NCBI GenBank assembly: GCA_934096405.1
Contig: CAKOLW010000001.1
Coordinates: forward strand, 7,046 to 71,045
Direction of reading: 5' to 3'
Length of the DNA: 64,000 nt
From: an uncultured Bacilli bacterium
GTDB lineage: Bacteria; Bacillota_I; Bacilli_A; RF39; UBA660
Each line of letters begins with the position of its first letter. Position 1 is the stretch's first letter. The position numbers were made by a program, and so were the translations under genes. Below are positions 28,907 through 39,958 of the stretch, piece after piece. Below the pieces are notes generated by a model, which saw nothing but the letters and a program-made list of their open reading frames with translations, did no database searches and was not told where the DNA came from.

Positions 28907-30495
28907 CCCCCAAACGTAGCATCAGGATAATTATCTAACATACTTTCCCATTGAACTATAAACAAATCAGCAAATTTATAAACTAAACTACCTGTTATAG
29001 TCTTTGTTTCACTATTAGCAAACGTTTCTATAAAAATTATCTTACTACCTAAAATATGTCCTAATAAACACATTGGTCCAGCTGTATGTGCTCCAGTAGA
29101 AATAATATATTGTGGTCTAAACTTAATATAATAATATAAACTTCTAAATGAATTCATAATTATCTTAAACACATAAGTAAACATATGCTTTCTAGTTCCA
29201 AAAATCATCATACCTACTCTTTTTCTACCATACTTATTCTTAAGATTTTTATTAGACTCAGTATTCTCAGTAATTAAAGAATAATTATACTTATTAAACA
29301 TACTTTTAAGCATTAACATTTCATTTAAATGTCCACCAGTACTAGATATAAACATAATTCTTTTTCTACTACAATTACCTACTTCTTTTAATAAAGATAA
29401 CCACTCTTTCTTTATAACATCAGGAGTATATTCTTCAACACTTTTCTTAGCATTATTAGCAAATCTTTTTAATACTTTATTATTATTTAATAAATCTATA
29501 ACACACTTGGCAAACTCTTCTTTATTTCTATCCTTAATTAAGATACCTTTTCCATCACTTAAAAGAACTCTAGGTCCAACAGAAGAATCAAAAGCAACTA
29601 CTGGTACTCCCATATTCATTGATTCTAATATTACTAATCCAAAACTTTCAACTAAACTAGTCATACAAAATATACTAGACTTTAAAAGTTCATTTCTAAT
29701 CTCTTCTTGATTTAAAAAACCAGTTAATCTAATATTATTCTCTAACTTAAGTTCTTTAATTCTATTTTGAATATTTTCTTTCTCTTCCCCATCACCTACT
29801 AAAGTTAACTTAACATCTTTATCCATTTTAACTATAATAGACATTATATCAATTAAATCAATAAAACCTTTTTCCTTAGAAAGTCTACCTACTGCTATAA
29901 TATTTTTAGTACTTAAATCACTCTTTTCCTTAGATATTTCATCTATAAAATTATTTATACTTACAGCTTTAAGTCCTATCTCTTTTCTATAAATATCTCT
30001 TATTTCACTATTAACTAAAACTAATCTATCATAATTAGTAGTACTCTTAATTAATTCCTTCTTATATTTTTTACTAGGATAATTATGATCTGTCGCTATT
30101 AATTTAATATTACTTTTCTTAAGTATTTTATTAGCTAACTTAGTTTCATATGTTCTAGTAGTAATCAAATAATCAGTATCTAACTCTTTAAGTGCTTTCT
30201 TAGTTCTAGATTTCTTCAATCTTAATATTTTAACTGCCTTAAATAATTCAGTTATTAATTTAAAATATTTCTTTCTTCTAATACATTTTTTTATCTCATC
30301 TTTATTAGGTCCACCATCTATTAAATATGTAATTTTTATCTTATTATTTATATTGAATGATGGTACTTCTTTAAGCTTATATGTAATAATCATTTCTATT
30401 TCATAATCATCGTATAACATTTTACTTAAACTAGAAATATACTTTTCTATTCCACCTACACCTAAATGTAAAGACAATATTGTAATTTTCTTCAT
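28894..30495 (-). CDS. fusion protein: GT4 glycosyltransferase + C-terminal Alg14-like (PssD/Cps14F) domain
   Basis: N-terminal ILSLHLGVGGIEKY. GT4 C-terminal ESFGLVILESMNMGVPVVAF. Residues about 380-533 read FISSTGGHLNEM...IISTGAHTAGPMCLL...FIETFANS...FIVQWE, which is Alg14-like. Confidence 0.7.
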   Translation of the reverse strand: MKKITILSLHLGVGGIEKYISSLSKMLYDDYEIEMIITYKLKEVPSFNINNKIKITYLIDGGPNKDEIKKCIRRKKYFKLITELFKAVKILRLKKSRTKKALKELDTDYLITTRTYETKLANKILKKSNIKLIATDHNYPSKKYKKELIKSTTNYDRLVLVNSEIRDIYRKEIGLKAVSINNFIDEISKEKSDLSTKNIIAVGRLSKEKGFIDLIDIMSIIVKMDKDVKLTLVGDGEEKENIQNRIKELKLENNIRLTGFLNQEEIRNELLKSSIFCMTSLVESFGLVILESMNMGVPVVAFDSSVGPRVLLSDGKGILIKDRNKEEFAKCVIDLLNNNKVLKRFANNAKKSVEEYTPDVIKKEWLSLLKEVGNCSRKRIMFISSTGGHLNEMLMLKSMFNKYNYSLITENTESNKNLKNKYGRKRVGMMIFGTRKHMFTYVFKIIMNSFRSLYYYIKFRPQYIISTGAHTAGPMCLLGHILGSKIIFIETFANSETKTITGSLVYKFADLFIVQWESMLDNYPDATFGGWIY

Positions 30496-30560
30496 AATAC
30501 TCCTCTTGTTAATATTATACCATGCAATAGTAATAATATTTAAAAAAAAATAAAATTCTA

Positions 30561-31178
30561 TTAAAATTTTATTTTAAGTATACATACTATTATAGCTATA
30601 ATTCCCATAATTGACAACATAATTTTTTCTCTAGCTGTTGGTTTTTTTAATTTAATAGGTATTATATAAGATAAACCAAGTAAAAGTAATGTTACTGGAA
30701 ATATTATATATCTAAACTTTCTACCTATTAAAAATGTAACAAAATATACCATAGGTATTACTATAGCACTTGCTGTAATAGGAACACCTAAAAATTCATC
30801 ATGTTTACCTTTTTTAGTAGTAGATAACATATTAAAGTATGCTAATCTTATTACACCACATAATACAAAGAACACACTAATAGCATAAGTATAAACATTT
30901 TGTACTGTTAAATTTAAAGAAATTAACATTGGAAGTACTCCAAAACTAATAGCGTCACTTAAACTATCTAACTCAATTCCATATATCTGATGTTCTTTCA
31001 AACTAAAAAACCTTCTAGCAACTACTCCATCAAATGCATCACAAATAGCTGCAAAAATTAAACAAAAAACTGCAAATGTTGTTTTAAAATTATAAGCACA
31101 AATAATTCCACTAATAGCGAAACATGTCCCTAACATAGTAACAAAATCACATTTTCTATATACACCAATTACTTTCAT
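30561..31178 (-). CDS. CDP-alcohol phosphatidyltransferase family protein
   Basis: DAFDGVVARRF...GIELDSLSD matches D-x2-DG-x2-AR...G-x3-D-x3-D. Multi-TM. Probable start MKVIGV at 31178; the track uses a TTG at 31205. Confidence 0.75.
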   Translation of the reverse strand: MKVIGVYRKCDFVTMLGTCFAISGIICAYNFKTTFAVFCLIFAAICDAFDGVVARRFFSLKEHQIYGIELDSLSDAISFGVLPMLISLNLTVQNVYTYAISVFFVLCGVIRLAYFNMLSTTKKGKHDEFLGVPITASAIVIPMVYFVTFLIGRKFRYIIFPVTLLLLGLSYIIPIKLKKPTAREKIMLSIMGIIAIIVCILKIKF

Positions 31179-31335
31179 AAAACCACTTTTCCTTACTAAC
31201 AACAATTATACTATAAGTATGTATGAAATGCAATTTAAATGTTATTAACTAAAACTATATAAAACCATTAACATAAAGATTAACCAAAACACTATCACAT
31301 TTTCCTAAGGACTTTAAAAAAAGACAATATTTCTA

Positions 31336-32511
31336 TTATCTTTTATAATACTTTTTACTTACTAACTTATAATAAAGTTTATATAATTTTGGAAACTTTT
31401 GTCTCCCAAAATCACCTATTTTTCTTTTTAAAGATGTACTTTTATTTTCATACATTTCATAAATATTTTGATAAAAATTAGCTTTTACCTCTAAATCTAT
31501 TTGAGAAACAGAATCTTCATTAGCATATTTTTTAACAGCATCGTAAAATTGTTTTGATGAAGTATCCCAATCAATCCATTCTTCTGCAGTTTTAATTGCA
31601 TTAGACTTATATTTAGTCAATAATTTCTTATCTAATAATTTATTAATACTCTCCACAACTTGATCTTCATCATCTGTTTTAATAACTATTCCATTATAAC
31701 CGTTTACTATATACTCATCATGTCCAGTTACATCATAAACAATAGCCGTTCCTCCAGTATGAAACATTTCCAATGGAGGTCCAAACATTCCTTCAACATA
31801 GCTTAATTTAACAATTACATCACAAGATCTATAAATCTTTGCACAATCTTTTACAGGAACCCTTGAAAATACCTTGTCTACTCCTGGATATTTATTTACA
31901 TTAGATGAAGTTAATAACCAAATTTCACTTGCTTTACTTTTTCTTACTAGTTTAATAGTTTTAGGAACATTTTTGAATGGAACATCTATTGGACCCTCAA
32001 CTAGTACTCTAAGGCCATCACACTCAGGATATTTTTCCCCATCTAAAGTAAATACATCCTTTCTAATTCCATTTCTAACTAAAATTACTTCATTATTATA
32101 TTTACTTTCCAAATATTCTTTTATCCATGTAGCTTCAGTAATAACTTTAAGTCCCATTAAATATGTCATTTCCGCATATAATTTCAAACCTTCTTCATTA
32201 TTACTATAAAACCTAGATTCTATAGATTGAACAAAGTATAAATACTTTTTAGCATTAATTTTATATAGATAATATATAGTAGCCCACCAAGTACCAATAG
32301 CAATATCAAAATTCATACTTTTAGCTTCCTTCAAAGTAATCCATTTTAATTTATGCGCCTTGGAATGCCAACTATAATCTATAGACTTAACTTTTTTTTC
32401 AGTAACTATATATACATCTTCTCCAAGTTCTTTCATTTTACTAGCATGTTCTAATATAACATTAGTACCACCACCAATTAAAGCAGAACCTAAAGTAAAA
32501 ACCACTTTCAT
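31336..32511 (-). CDS. glycosyltransferase family 4
   Basis: GT-B fold. N-terminal GSALIGGGTNV. C-terminal EGMFGPPLEMFHTGGTAIV (E-x7-E). Confidence 0.75.
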   Translation of the reverse strand: MKVVFTLGSALIGGGTNVILEHASKMKELGEDVYIVTEKKVKSIDYSWHSKAHKLKWITLKEAKSMNFDIAIGTWWATIYYLYKINAKKYLYFVQSIESRFYSNNEEGLKLYAEMTYLMGLKVITEATWIKEYLESKYNNEVILVRNGIRKDVFTLDGEKYPECDGLRVLVEGPIDVPFKNVPKTIKLVRKSKASEIWLLTSSNVNKYPGVDKVFSRVPVKDCAKIYRSCDVIVKLSYVEGMFGPPLEMFHTGGTAIVYDVTGHDEYIVNGYNGIVIKTDDEDQVVESINKLLDKKLLTKYKSNAIKTAEEWIDWDTSSKQFYDAVKKYANEDSVSQIDLEVKANFYQNIYEMYENKSTSLKRKIGDFGRQKFPKLYKLYYKLVSKKYYKR

Positions 32512-32522
32512 TACTGCACCTC

Positions 32523-34505
32523 CTAAATAACGTTATCTTTTTTTAATTGATATTTTTTTATACTCCTATATATCAACATTTGCAAATATAATTTATAATT
32601 ATGCAACTTTAACATAGGCCAGTAAGTATCATAAAAATAAGTTTTATATCTTAAAAAAAATTTAAAATTTTCTTTTATATATCTTTTAAAAGTTATTTTA
32701 TTTTTACTATTAAACTCAGTAAATTCAAAAACACCAAAATTTTCATAATGATATATTTTATTAAAAAAAGTATATTGTAATTTACTAGGGTTAAATATCA
32801 TATCAAAATGGATTTGATTAATTAATTTATCAACTTTTTTATTATCAAAATACTTATTAATTAATACATTACATATTTGAATAAATTTATCAAACATCAC
32901 ATCTTGTATCGGATGGATTAGACAATTATATATCTTTTCTTCTTCTTTCTTTTTAAATAATTCAACTTCTACTTTATTGTTTTTTATAACATATTTATTA
33001 GCACTACCATGAGAAGCACCCAATATAATTTCATATATAGTTCTATTTTCAGCATATAAATTATATTCTACATTATAACAAGGACTATTAGTAAAAACTA
33101 ATCCATATTTCTCTATACTTTCTTTTAAATCCTTTCTTTGCAATCCAAAATACAGACCCTTTATTATATAATTAGTTCCTAAAATATTCTGTATATTATT
33201 TTGAATTGAACCATTCCATCCAATATCAACAACATAAAATTCATGAGAGTCAGTCTTGTCATTAATATATTCTATAAAATTTTGTTTTTGTTCTAATCTA
33301 TTGCTTTCATATATTTTTTTAAAACCAGAATTATTAATTAAAGATTTAAATTCTTTTGAATTTCTAAAATCACTAATTTTTTTATTAAAATCACAATTTT
33401 TCCTATTCTCATTTTCCTCTTCATATATGCATTTAATATCATTTTCATTAAAATTCAAACTTTTTAAAAATTCATTAATAGTAATATATGAATATTGATT
33501 TAACAAAGCATTAAATTTTTCTTCAGACAATTTAGTTAATGATGGTAAATAAGTAGATTTTCTAGAAACATATAAATAATGAGATTTAATTTTAACATTG
33601 CCTTGTTTTTTAACATAATAATCAAATAATTTTTTTAAATATTCACCTTCTCTTGACAAGAAAAACACTTCTGTTTGATTTTCTTTTACTAACCTATAAT
33701 AAATTCTTTCTATAAACTTATAAAGTGAAAAAATTATATTTTCAAATTGACTAGTATCTTTAAATTTTAATTTTTTAAAATTATTTGTAATATTTTTTTC
33801 ATCATACTCTAATTTAAAATCAGAGTAAAATTTATATTTTTCTTTTCTATCTAACAAAACACTTTTTATTCCAATACTATTTGGAATCTCATAATCCCCT
33901 AAACTATTGTCTCCAATCATATATACTTGACTAGCATCAACATCCAATTTCTTAAGAACTATTTTATACAATTCACCAGATTTTTTATTTTTTAAATATT
34001 CACAAGAAACAAAAATATCATCAATCATATTAAAAATATTTAATCTTTTAAAAATTTCTAATAACATATCTTTACTAAGATACATATCTGAAACTGCATA
34101 AATTTTTTTATTTTTCTTTTTAAGATTCCTAATTAAATCAATTATATCATCATTCACATACAAAACATTTGACTCGAGTTCAATCTCAGTATCAACACAT
34201 TTTTTTAAAAATAAATTATAGTCAATATCTTCATTTAATTCTTCATAAATACTCTTAATCATTGATACATAAGTAAATTCATAATCATTGCCCATGTTAT
34301 GATTTTCTAATCCCAGTTCAGATTCAATTTTATTTCTTAAACCATATAATTCTACTGAAGTTAAACTTAGTTCAAATGTCTTAACAATATTAACAGACCA
34401 CACCTTTTTTAAATACTCAGGTTCCATCTTTCTACTAACAATAGTATCAAATATATCAAAAAATATTATATTTCTATCTTTATCATTTATAACTTCATTA
34501 AACAT
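32523..34505 (-). CDS. hypothetical 660-aa protein, possible HAD-like N-terminal domain
   Basis: N-terminal IIFFDIFDTIVSR resembles, but is not a canonical, HAD motif I. A later GDNSLGD could be motif IV. Large C-terminal region is unassigned. Confidence 0.45.
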   Translation of the reverse strand: MFNEVINDKDRNIIFFDIFDTIVSRKMEPEYLKKVWSVNIVKTFELSLTSVELYGLRNKIESELGLENHNMGNDYEFTYVSMIKSIYEELNEDIDYNLFLKKCVDTEIELESNVLYVNDDIIDLIRNLKKKNKKIYAVSDMYLSKDMLLEIFKRLNIFNMIDDIFVSCEYLKNKKSGELYKIVLKKLDVDASQVYMIGDNSLGDYEIPNSIGIKSVLLDRKEKYKFYSDFKLEYDEKNITNNFKKLKFKDTSQFENIIFSLYKFIERIYYRLVKENQTEVFFLSREGEYLKKLFDYYVKKQGNVKIKSHYLYVSRKSTYLPSLTKLSEEKFNALLNQYSYITINEFLKSLNFNENDIKCIYEEENENRKNCDFNKKISDFRNSKEFKSLINNSGFKKIYESNRLEQKQNFIEYINDKTDSHEFYVVDIGWNGSIQNNIQNILGTNYIIKGLYFGLQRKDLKESIEKYGLVFTNSPCYNVEYNLYAENRTIYEIILGASHGSANKYVIKNNKVEVELFKKKEEEKIYNCLIHPIQDVMFDKFIQICNVLINKYFDNKKVDKLINQIHFDMIFNPSKLQYTFFNKIYHYENFGVFEFTEFNSKNKITFKRYIKENFKFFLRYKTYFYDTYWPMLKLHNYKLYLQMLIYRSIKKYQLKKDNVI

Positions 34506-35255
34506 TTAATCCACCCTCATCTGCTTTTCATAATATAAATTACAAACTTCCTCTGTATCTCCTATCATTTGAACTTCTCCATGTTCTATCCACATCACTC
34601 TGTTGCAAAGTTGTTTAATTGAATCTAAAGAATGTGAAACATATAAAACTGTAGTTCCTCCTTTTATCATTTCTAACATTTTATTCTTACTCTTCTCCTG
34701 AAATTTAATATCCCCCACTGACAAAATTTCATCTACAATTAATACTTCTGGATTAACAATAGTTGCAATTGAAAAAGCAAGTTTAGCAATCATACCAGAA
34801 GAAAAGTTTTTAATAGGAACATCTAAAAAATCTCTTAATTCTGAAAAATCAACAATCTCTTCAAATTTCTCATCTAAAAATTGCTTTGTATAACCTAAGA
34901 CTGCTCCATTTAAATAAATATTTTCTTTAGCAGTTAGCTCTATATCAAAACCGGCACCCAATTCTATCATAGGTGAAATAGCTCCATTAACAGTTACTTT
35001 TCCCTTTGTTGGTTTCATTACACCACTAACAACCTTTAGTAAAGTACTTTTACCAGCACCATTAGAGCCTATCAAACCAACAACTTCACCTTTAGCAATA
35101 TGTAAGCTAACATCTTTTAAAGCCCAAAAATATTCTTTCTTTTTTCTTTTTCCTTTAAACAAATTAATAAAAGCCAATTTAAGAGAAAAATCTTTTTCTA
35201 TTCCCAAATCAAATTTCATTGATACATTTTTAATGTCTATCATAACAACCTCCAT
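34506..35255 (-). CDS. ABC exporter ATP-binding protein (TagH/Wzt/KpsT type, polysaccharide/teichoic-acid export)
   Basis: GLIGSNGAGKSTLLK Walker A, FSSGMIAKLAFS signature, LIVDEILSVGD Walker B. Directly coupled to the ABC-2 permease. Confidence 0.85.
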   Translation of the reverse strand: MEVVMIDIKNVSMKFDLGIEKDFSLKLAFINLFKGKRKKKEYFWALKDVSLHIAKGEVVGLIGSNGAGKSTLLKVVSGVMKPTKGKVTVNGAISPMIELGAGFDIELTAKENIYLNGAVLGYTKQFLDEKFEEIVDFSELRDFLDVPIKNFSSGMIAKLAFSIATIVNPEVLIVDEILSVGDIKFQEKSKNKMLEMIKGGTTVLYVSHSLDSIKQLCNRVMWIEHGEVQMIGDTEEVCNLYYEKQMRVD

Positions 35256-36058
35256 TATACATAATAAATAAATTTATCTTGTTTATTTCTAAAAACAATT
35301 ATACCAATCAATGCGAAAAAGATACTTACAAGACCACACAATAGGAGATTAAGTAATGATGGCATATTACCATACACTATTATGTCTCTAGCTGATGAGA
35401 TAAATAAATATAATGGATTTAGTTTAAATAAAGTTTGTAATTTTATAGGCAAAATATCTATACTATAAAATATTGGAGTAAAATATTGCCAAATAGTTAA
35501 TAATATTCCATATATATAAAACATATCTCTTAAAAAAACTGAAATAGTAGAAATAATAAAAGATATTCCAATTGTAAACAAAAATAAACATATAAAGATA
35601 TAGGGTAAAATTAAGTAATAAATATTAATATGACAAACATAACCACCTAATCCAACATAAGATAATAAAACAATTAATAAAAGTGGTATTAAGGTTAGTA
35701 AAAAATTTATACCTACAAATAAACATTTAGACAAAGGAAAAATATACTTTGGTATATAAACCTTATTAATTAAGGAAAAATTGCTTACAACTGAACTCAT
35801 CGCAGTATTAGAAGCTTCACTAAAATAATTAAACATAACTAGTCCTGTCATTAAATATACTAGATAATTAACATTTTCCATTCTTGCCTTAAAAAATTGA
35901 CTAAATACTATTGCCATAATACTCATCATTAAAATAGGATATAATAAACTCCAAAGTACACCTAATACACTTCTTTTATATTTTACTTTAAAGTCCCTCA
36001 TAATCATTTGACTCATTAAAAATGAATATTTTTTAAAATTTTGTAACATACCCTTCAT
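35255..36058 (-). CDS. ABC-2 type exporter permease (TagG/Wzm-like)
   Basis: 267 aa with six TM helices. Start overlaps the partner ATPase (ATGA). Confidence 0.8.
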   Translation of the reverse strand: MKGMLQNFKKYSFLMSQMIMRDFKVKYKRSVLGVLWSLLYPILMMSIMAIVFSQFFKARMENVNYLVYLMTGLVMFNYFSEASNTAMSSVVSNFSLINKVYIPKYIFPLSKCLFVGINFLLTLIPLLLIVLLSYVGLGGYVCHINIYYLILPYIFICLFLFTIGISFIISTISVFLRDMFYIYGILLTIWQYFTPIFYSIDILPIKLQTLFKLNPLYLFISSARDIIVYGNMPSLLNLLLCGLVSIFFALIGIIVFRNKQDKFIYYV

Positions 36059-36115
36059 AACAAAACTCCTTTTCTCTAATAATTATAACAAATGAATTAA
36101 TTATTTGCAATTTTA

Positions 36116-37042
36116 CTACAACTTTTTTACAACCCACTCGATATTAATATGACCTAAGATTTTTTTCATTTTTCTTGTAATAGTATCATCAATTAAATAA
36201 TCACTAATTCTAAGTTCATATAATTTTTCTTTATATTTTCTTTTATATTCGCCATTTAAAAAATTTAATCTGTTAATACATGCACTCGCAAGAAAGCTTA
36301 ACAATACTTTATTAGTCTCATTATTTACATCTAACATATCACAATATTTCTTAAAAAAATATATAATATCCAAAGACTTTTTATATTCTTTTTTATAATT
36401 AGTATTTCTCGTAATACTATTTTGTGTTTGAACATACATATAACCATTATAAGATATAGATTTAATCTTTTTAGACTTAGTTATCATATATGGTATTAAT
36501 CCCATATCTTCATGATATTTTCCAACTTCAAATTTAAATTTATTTTTTAAGAAAAAATTTCTATTTATTACATAAGACCAAGCAGTTTCAAAAATAGTTT
36601 TAGAATTAATTAATTTTAAAAAAGCTTCTTTACCATTAACCGTATCAAAAACACATGTATCAGCAACTTCTTCTTTATCAGTAAAAACTTTAGTAAATCC
36701 AATTTTTAACAAATCTAAATCATCAGAAATTTCCCTATCAATTGATTCCAAAAAATCATCTTTAATATAATCATCTATATCTACAAATATTATATATTGA
36801 CCTTTAGCTCTATTTATAGCCATATTTCTGGCGTTACTTAATCCTTTATTTACTGAATTAATCAATTTTATATTATTACTTTTAACATAACTTTCTAATA
36901 TTTCTTTACTATTATCTTTAGAACCATCATTGGTAACAATAATTTCATAATTATTTATTTTTTGTCTAAAAATGCTTTCTAAACACTTTTTAATATACTT
37001 TTCTCCATTATAACATGGTATAACAAAACTATACTTAATCAT
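36116..37042 (-). CDS. glycosyltransferase family 2
   Basis: FVIPCYNGEKYIKKCLESI, TNDGSKDNS and FVDIDD (DxD) motifs. Confidence 0.85.
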   Translation of the reverse strand: MIKYSFVIPCYNGEKYIKKCLESIFRQKINNYEIIVTNDGSKDNSKEILESYVKSNNIKLINSVNKGLSNARNMAINRAKGQYIIFVDIDDYIKDDFLESIDREISDDLDLLKIGFTKVFTDKEEVADTCVFDTVNGKEAFLKLINSKTIFETAWSYVINRNFFLKNKFKFEVGKYHEDMGLIPYMITKSKKIKSISYNGYMYVQTQNSITRNTNYKKEYKKSLDIIYFFKKYCDMLDVNNETNKVLLSFLASACINRLNFLNGEYKRKYKEKLYELRISDYLIDDTITRKMKKILGHINIEWVVKKL

Positions 37043-38117
37043 CTTTTTCTCCCACTAATTCATAAATTTTATTAATATTTTCTTCATTATATTTAGCAAT
37101 ATTAAAATTATAGTTAAAATCTGTTTTATTAAAATAATCTTTAATATTTTCACTTATAGACTTCTCATTATTTTCCATTATAATTGAATAATCTTTTATA
37201 TGCAAATTTCCAGAATTAACATCTATAGTACTTAATATACCTTTTTTTAAAGTTAAAGCTTCAAGATAAATGACTGGAAATCCCTCATACCTACTTGTCA
37301 AAATAATTCCATCAGATAATTTAATATAAGGGTATGGATTTTCTTGTCTTCCTAAAAACAACACATAATCTTCTATATCGTATTTATTTACCATATCTTT
37401 ATATTTCAGCATATCCTTGCCATCACCAATTACCCAAATTTTTATTTTAAACTTTTCTTGTTTAAGTATTTTTAATGCTTTAAATAAAACACTTAAATTT
37501 TTACTATCTTCATCCAATCTTCCTACAAAACATAAAGTATTAGTATCTTTAATAATCTTCACAGATTGCTTAGATTTTACATTAATTTCTTTATAATTAA
37601 TTAAGTTGTTAATAACTAATGTTTTATCAACAAGATATGGATATATATTAATAAAGTTATTTCTTGCCTCTTCACTTACAAAAACAATTTTATTAAATTT
37701 TTTTACTTTAACACTATTAAAAAAACTTTTAAATTTGCTTATATCTTTATTATAAGCAAAATAATAATCACTATGTACCCATAATATACTTTTTCTTGAG
37801 GCATATCTAGAAATAATAGATGAAGGTATATCATATGTAGAATAACAAATAGACAAGTCATATTTATTATAATTTTTTATACATTTAAAAATTATCTTTA
37901 TTCTATTAATAATTTTTCTTATTATTTTATTTTTATTAGTTGAAATAAAATGATAACTTACATTCACATCTTTATTAATGTTATAAAATTTTTCTTTGTC
38001 TTGAAGTATTAAATAAACTTTATAATTATTATAATCAAAAGAATCAAGTAAATTTACTAACGATTTTTCTATACCACCCATTCCTAAACTGTATGAAGTG
38101 AACAATATTTTTTTCAT
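37035..38117 (-). CDS. glycosyltransferase family 4
   Basis: GMGGIEKSLVNLL N-terminus. C-terminal SRYEGFPVIYLEALTLKKGIL. Confidence 0.75.
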   Translation of the reverse strand: MKKILFTSYSLGMGGIEKSLVNLLDSFDYNNYKVYLILQDKEKFYNINKDVNVSYHFISTNKNKIIRKIINRIKIIFKCIKNYNKYDLSICYSTYDIPSSIISRYASRKSILWVHSDYYFAYNKDISKFKSFFNSVKVKKFNKIVFVSEEARNNFINIYPYLVDKTLVINNLINYKEINVKSKQSVKIIKDTNTLCFVGRLDEDSKNLSVLFKALKILKQEKFKIKIWVIGDGKDMLKYKDMVNKYDIEDYVLFLGRQENPYPYIKLSDGIILTSRYEGFPVIYLEALTLKKGILSTIDVNSGNLHIKDYSIIMENNEKSISENIKDYFNKTDFNYNFNIAKYNEENINKIYELVGEKDD

Positions 38118-38125
38118 ATATACAC

Positions 38126-39958
38126 CTAATATTCTCTAATTGGCTTACTTACAATCTCCTCATCCATTGGAACAAATTGCAATAAATTTGAATTTTCCAT
38201 ATTTTCAAAGTCTCCTTTTAAATAAACCAAATTACCTTTTTTCAATTCATCTTTAATTTGAGTGATTTTTTTATCGTTAATACATTCTATCTTTCCAATA
38301 TTAAATACTACTAAATCGTTAGTTTTTGATTTTCCTTTAATATTCATACTCAATATAACTTTTTTCCAAGATTCCTTCCAAGATTGTTTATTAAAAGTCT
38401 CACTGACTTTTATAGCATTCTTTCTCATTTCAGAATGACCTTCAAAATTATCCAATATCTTAATTAAAGCTTCTCTAAGAGAATTTTTATCTGGCTCAAT
38501 TAAATAGCCATTATAACCACTAATTATTAAATCAGTTAAACCACCAATTCTAGTAGCAATAACAATATTACCAGATGACATTGCCTCTAAGCATGATAAA
38601 CTTGTACCTTCACTATATTGCGTAGGTATCAAACTTATATCACTCATCTTATAAACTTCATGCATCTCATATGGACTTTTGTTATAGCATTTAACCCTAC
38701 CATTATACTTTTTAATTTTTTCTTCTACTTTATCTAAGTCTTCTTTAAACCCCTTACCTACAAAATGAAATTCTACATTATCGTATTTTTCTAAAATATC
38801 ATCTACTACATCTAAAGCAATATAAAGTCCTCTTGCTTCATATAATCTTCTTGGATAAGTAATAATAATTTTTTCTCTTTTTTTAAAATAATCTTTTCTT
38901 GGACTAAATTCTACATTATCTACATAATTAGGTATTACATGAAATTTTTTATTACCCAAGTCATAATTTATAGTTTGAAACCAATTAGCTGTATTAGTAT
39001 CCACAGAAACCAATTTATCACACATTTTTGCTCCTTCTATAAATGTTATATTAGAATTCCAAAATTCTACACCATCCTTATAATTATTACTTTTATTATC
39101 CCAACTAACACCATGACTTATACCTATCGATGGGCCAATATGATTTGGAAAACATTCTTGAAAAGCCGAATAAATATGTAAAACACTTTTAAATTTTGTT
39201 TCATAAATATAATTTTTAGTTTGATTATCTAAATAATCTAAATTATATAAATTTTTAATATTATTAGGTTTCATACCTATAACATTAATATTATTATATT
39301 TTCTAAAAAAAGGTATAGTTGCATTTTGATATATATCTAAATTAAATCCTAATTCATTACAAACCTCAAATAAATCAAGTAAGTACCTTTCTGCTCCACC
39401 AGAATAATAATTAGTACCTAAATCATTGAAAAAAGTAGATGTCTTAACAGTGATATTTTCCGTTTGATTGTAATTTGAATACAATTTTAACCCTTCAAAA
39501 GAATTAAGTAATTCACTAATTTTTACTAATTCATCATATAAAATGTTAAAACCTAACCTAAAGTCTCTCATATCATATTTTTTCCTAGTAATGTAAATAA
39601 AAGATCTATTAACAAATAATTTTCTAAAATCATAATCATTCACTTTAATAGTTTTTGTACTATAACCATCAAAAGAATAATAAACGACATTCTCATTTTC
39701 AAAATATCTTTTTACTTTTTCATACATTTCTCCAGTTTCAAGTATAACATCTATATATCCGATTTTTAATTTTAAATTAGCGCGAGAAGTTAATACTTCT
39801 CCATTCTTTAAATTAAATTTTTTTCTTAACTTTTTTTCTTTAATGTTATTAGATAATCCTTTTACTCCACTATCTTTGAAAATAATAGCCTTTTTTATTA
39901 AATTTACAAATCCTAATCTTTTCAATATATTATAACTTCTTATATCGTTATTATTCAT
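38126..39958 (-). CDS. glycosyltransferase family 4 with about 200-aa N-terminal extension
   Basis: C-terminal SEGTSLSCLEAMSSGNIVIATRIGGLTDLI is the GT4 E-x7-E region. N-terminal third is unassigned. Confidence 0.7.
   Translation of the reverse strand: MNNNDIRSYNILKRLGFVNLIKKAIIFKDSGVKGLSNNIKEKKLRKKFNLKNGEVLTSRANLKLKIGYIDVILETGEMYEKVKRYFENENVVYYSFDGYSTKTIKVNDYDFRKLFVNRSFIYITRKKYDMRDFRLGFNILYDELVKISELLNSFEGLKLYSNYNQTENITVKTSTFFNDLGTNYYSGGAERYLLDLFEVCNELGFNLDIYQNATIPFFRKYNNINVIGMKPNNIKNLYNLDYLDNQTKNYIYETKFKSVLHIYSAFQECFPNHIGPSIGISHGVSWDNKSNNYKDGVEFWNSNITFIEGAKMCDKLVSVDTNTANWFQTINYDLGNKKFHVIPNYVDNVEFSPRKDYFKKREKIIITYPRRLYEARGLYIALDVVDDILEKYDNVEFHFVGKGFKEDLDKVEEKIKKYNGRVKCYNKSPYEMHEVYKMSDISLIPTQYSEGTSLSCLEAMSSGNIVIATRIGGLTDLIISGYNGYLIEPDKNSLREALIKILDNFEGHSEMRKNAIKVSETFNKQSWKESWKKVILSMNIKGKSKTNDLVVFNIGKIECINDKKITQIKDELKKGNLVYLKGDFENMENSNLLQFVPMDEEIVSKPIREY

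Noticed and set aside
31874-32209. 111-aa plus-strand ORF (also 29507..29710, 33256..33498, 38939..39181, 40702..40896, 41825..42022, 43651..43932)
   Set aside because: All lie antisense inside well-supported glycosyltransferase or LtaS-like genes of the minus-strand operon. No motifs.
32523-34505. Calling the 660-aa protein a bona fide HAD phosphatase or TagF-like glycerophosphotransferase
   Set aside because: The N-terminal FFDIFDTIV is DxxDT rather than the canonical DxDxT. I could not find the TagF His motifs. Left as hypothetical.
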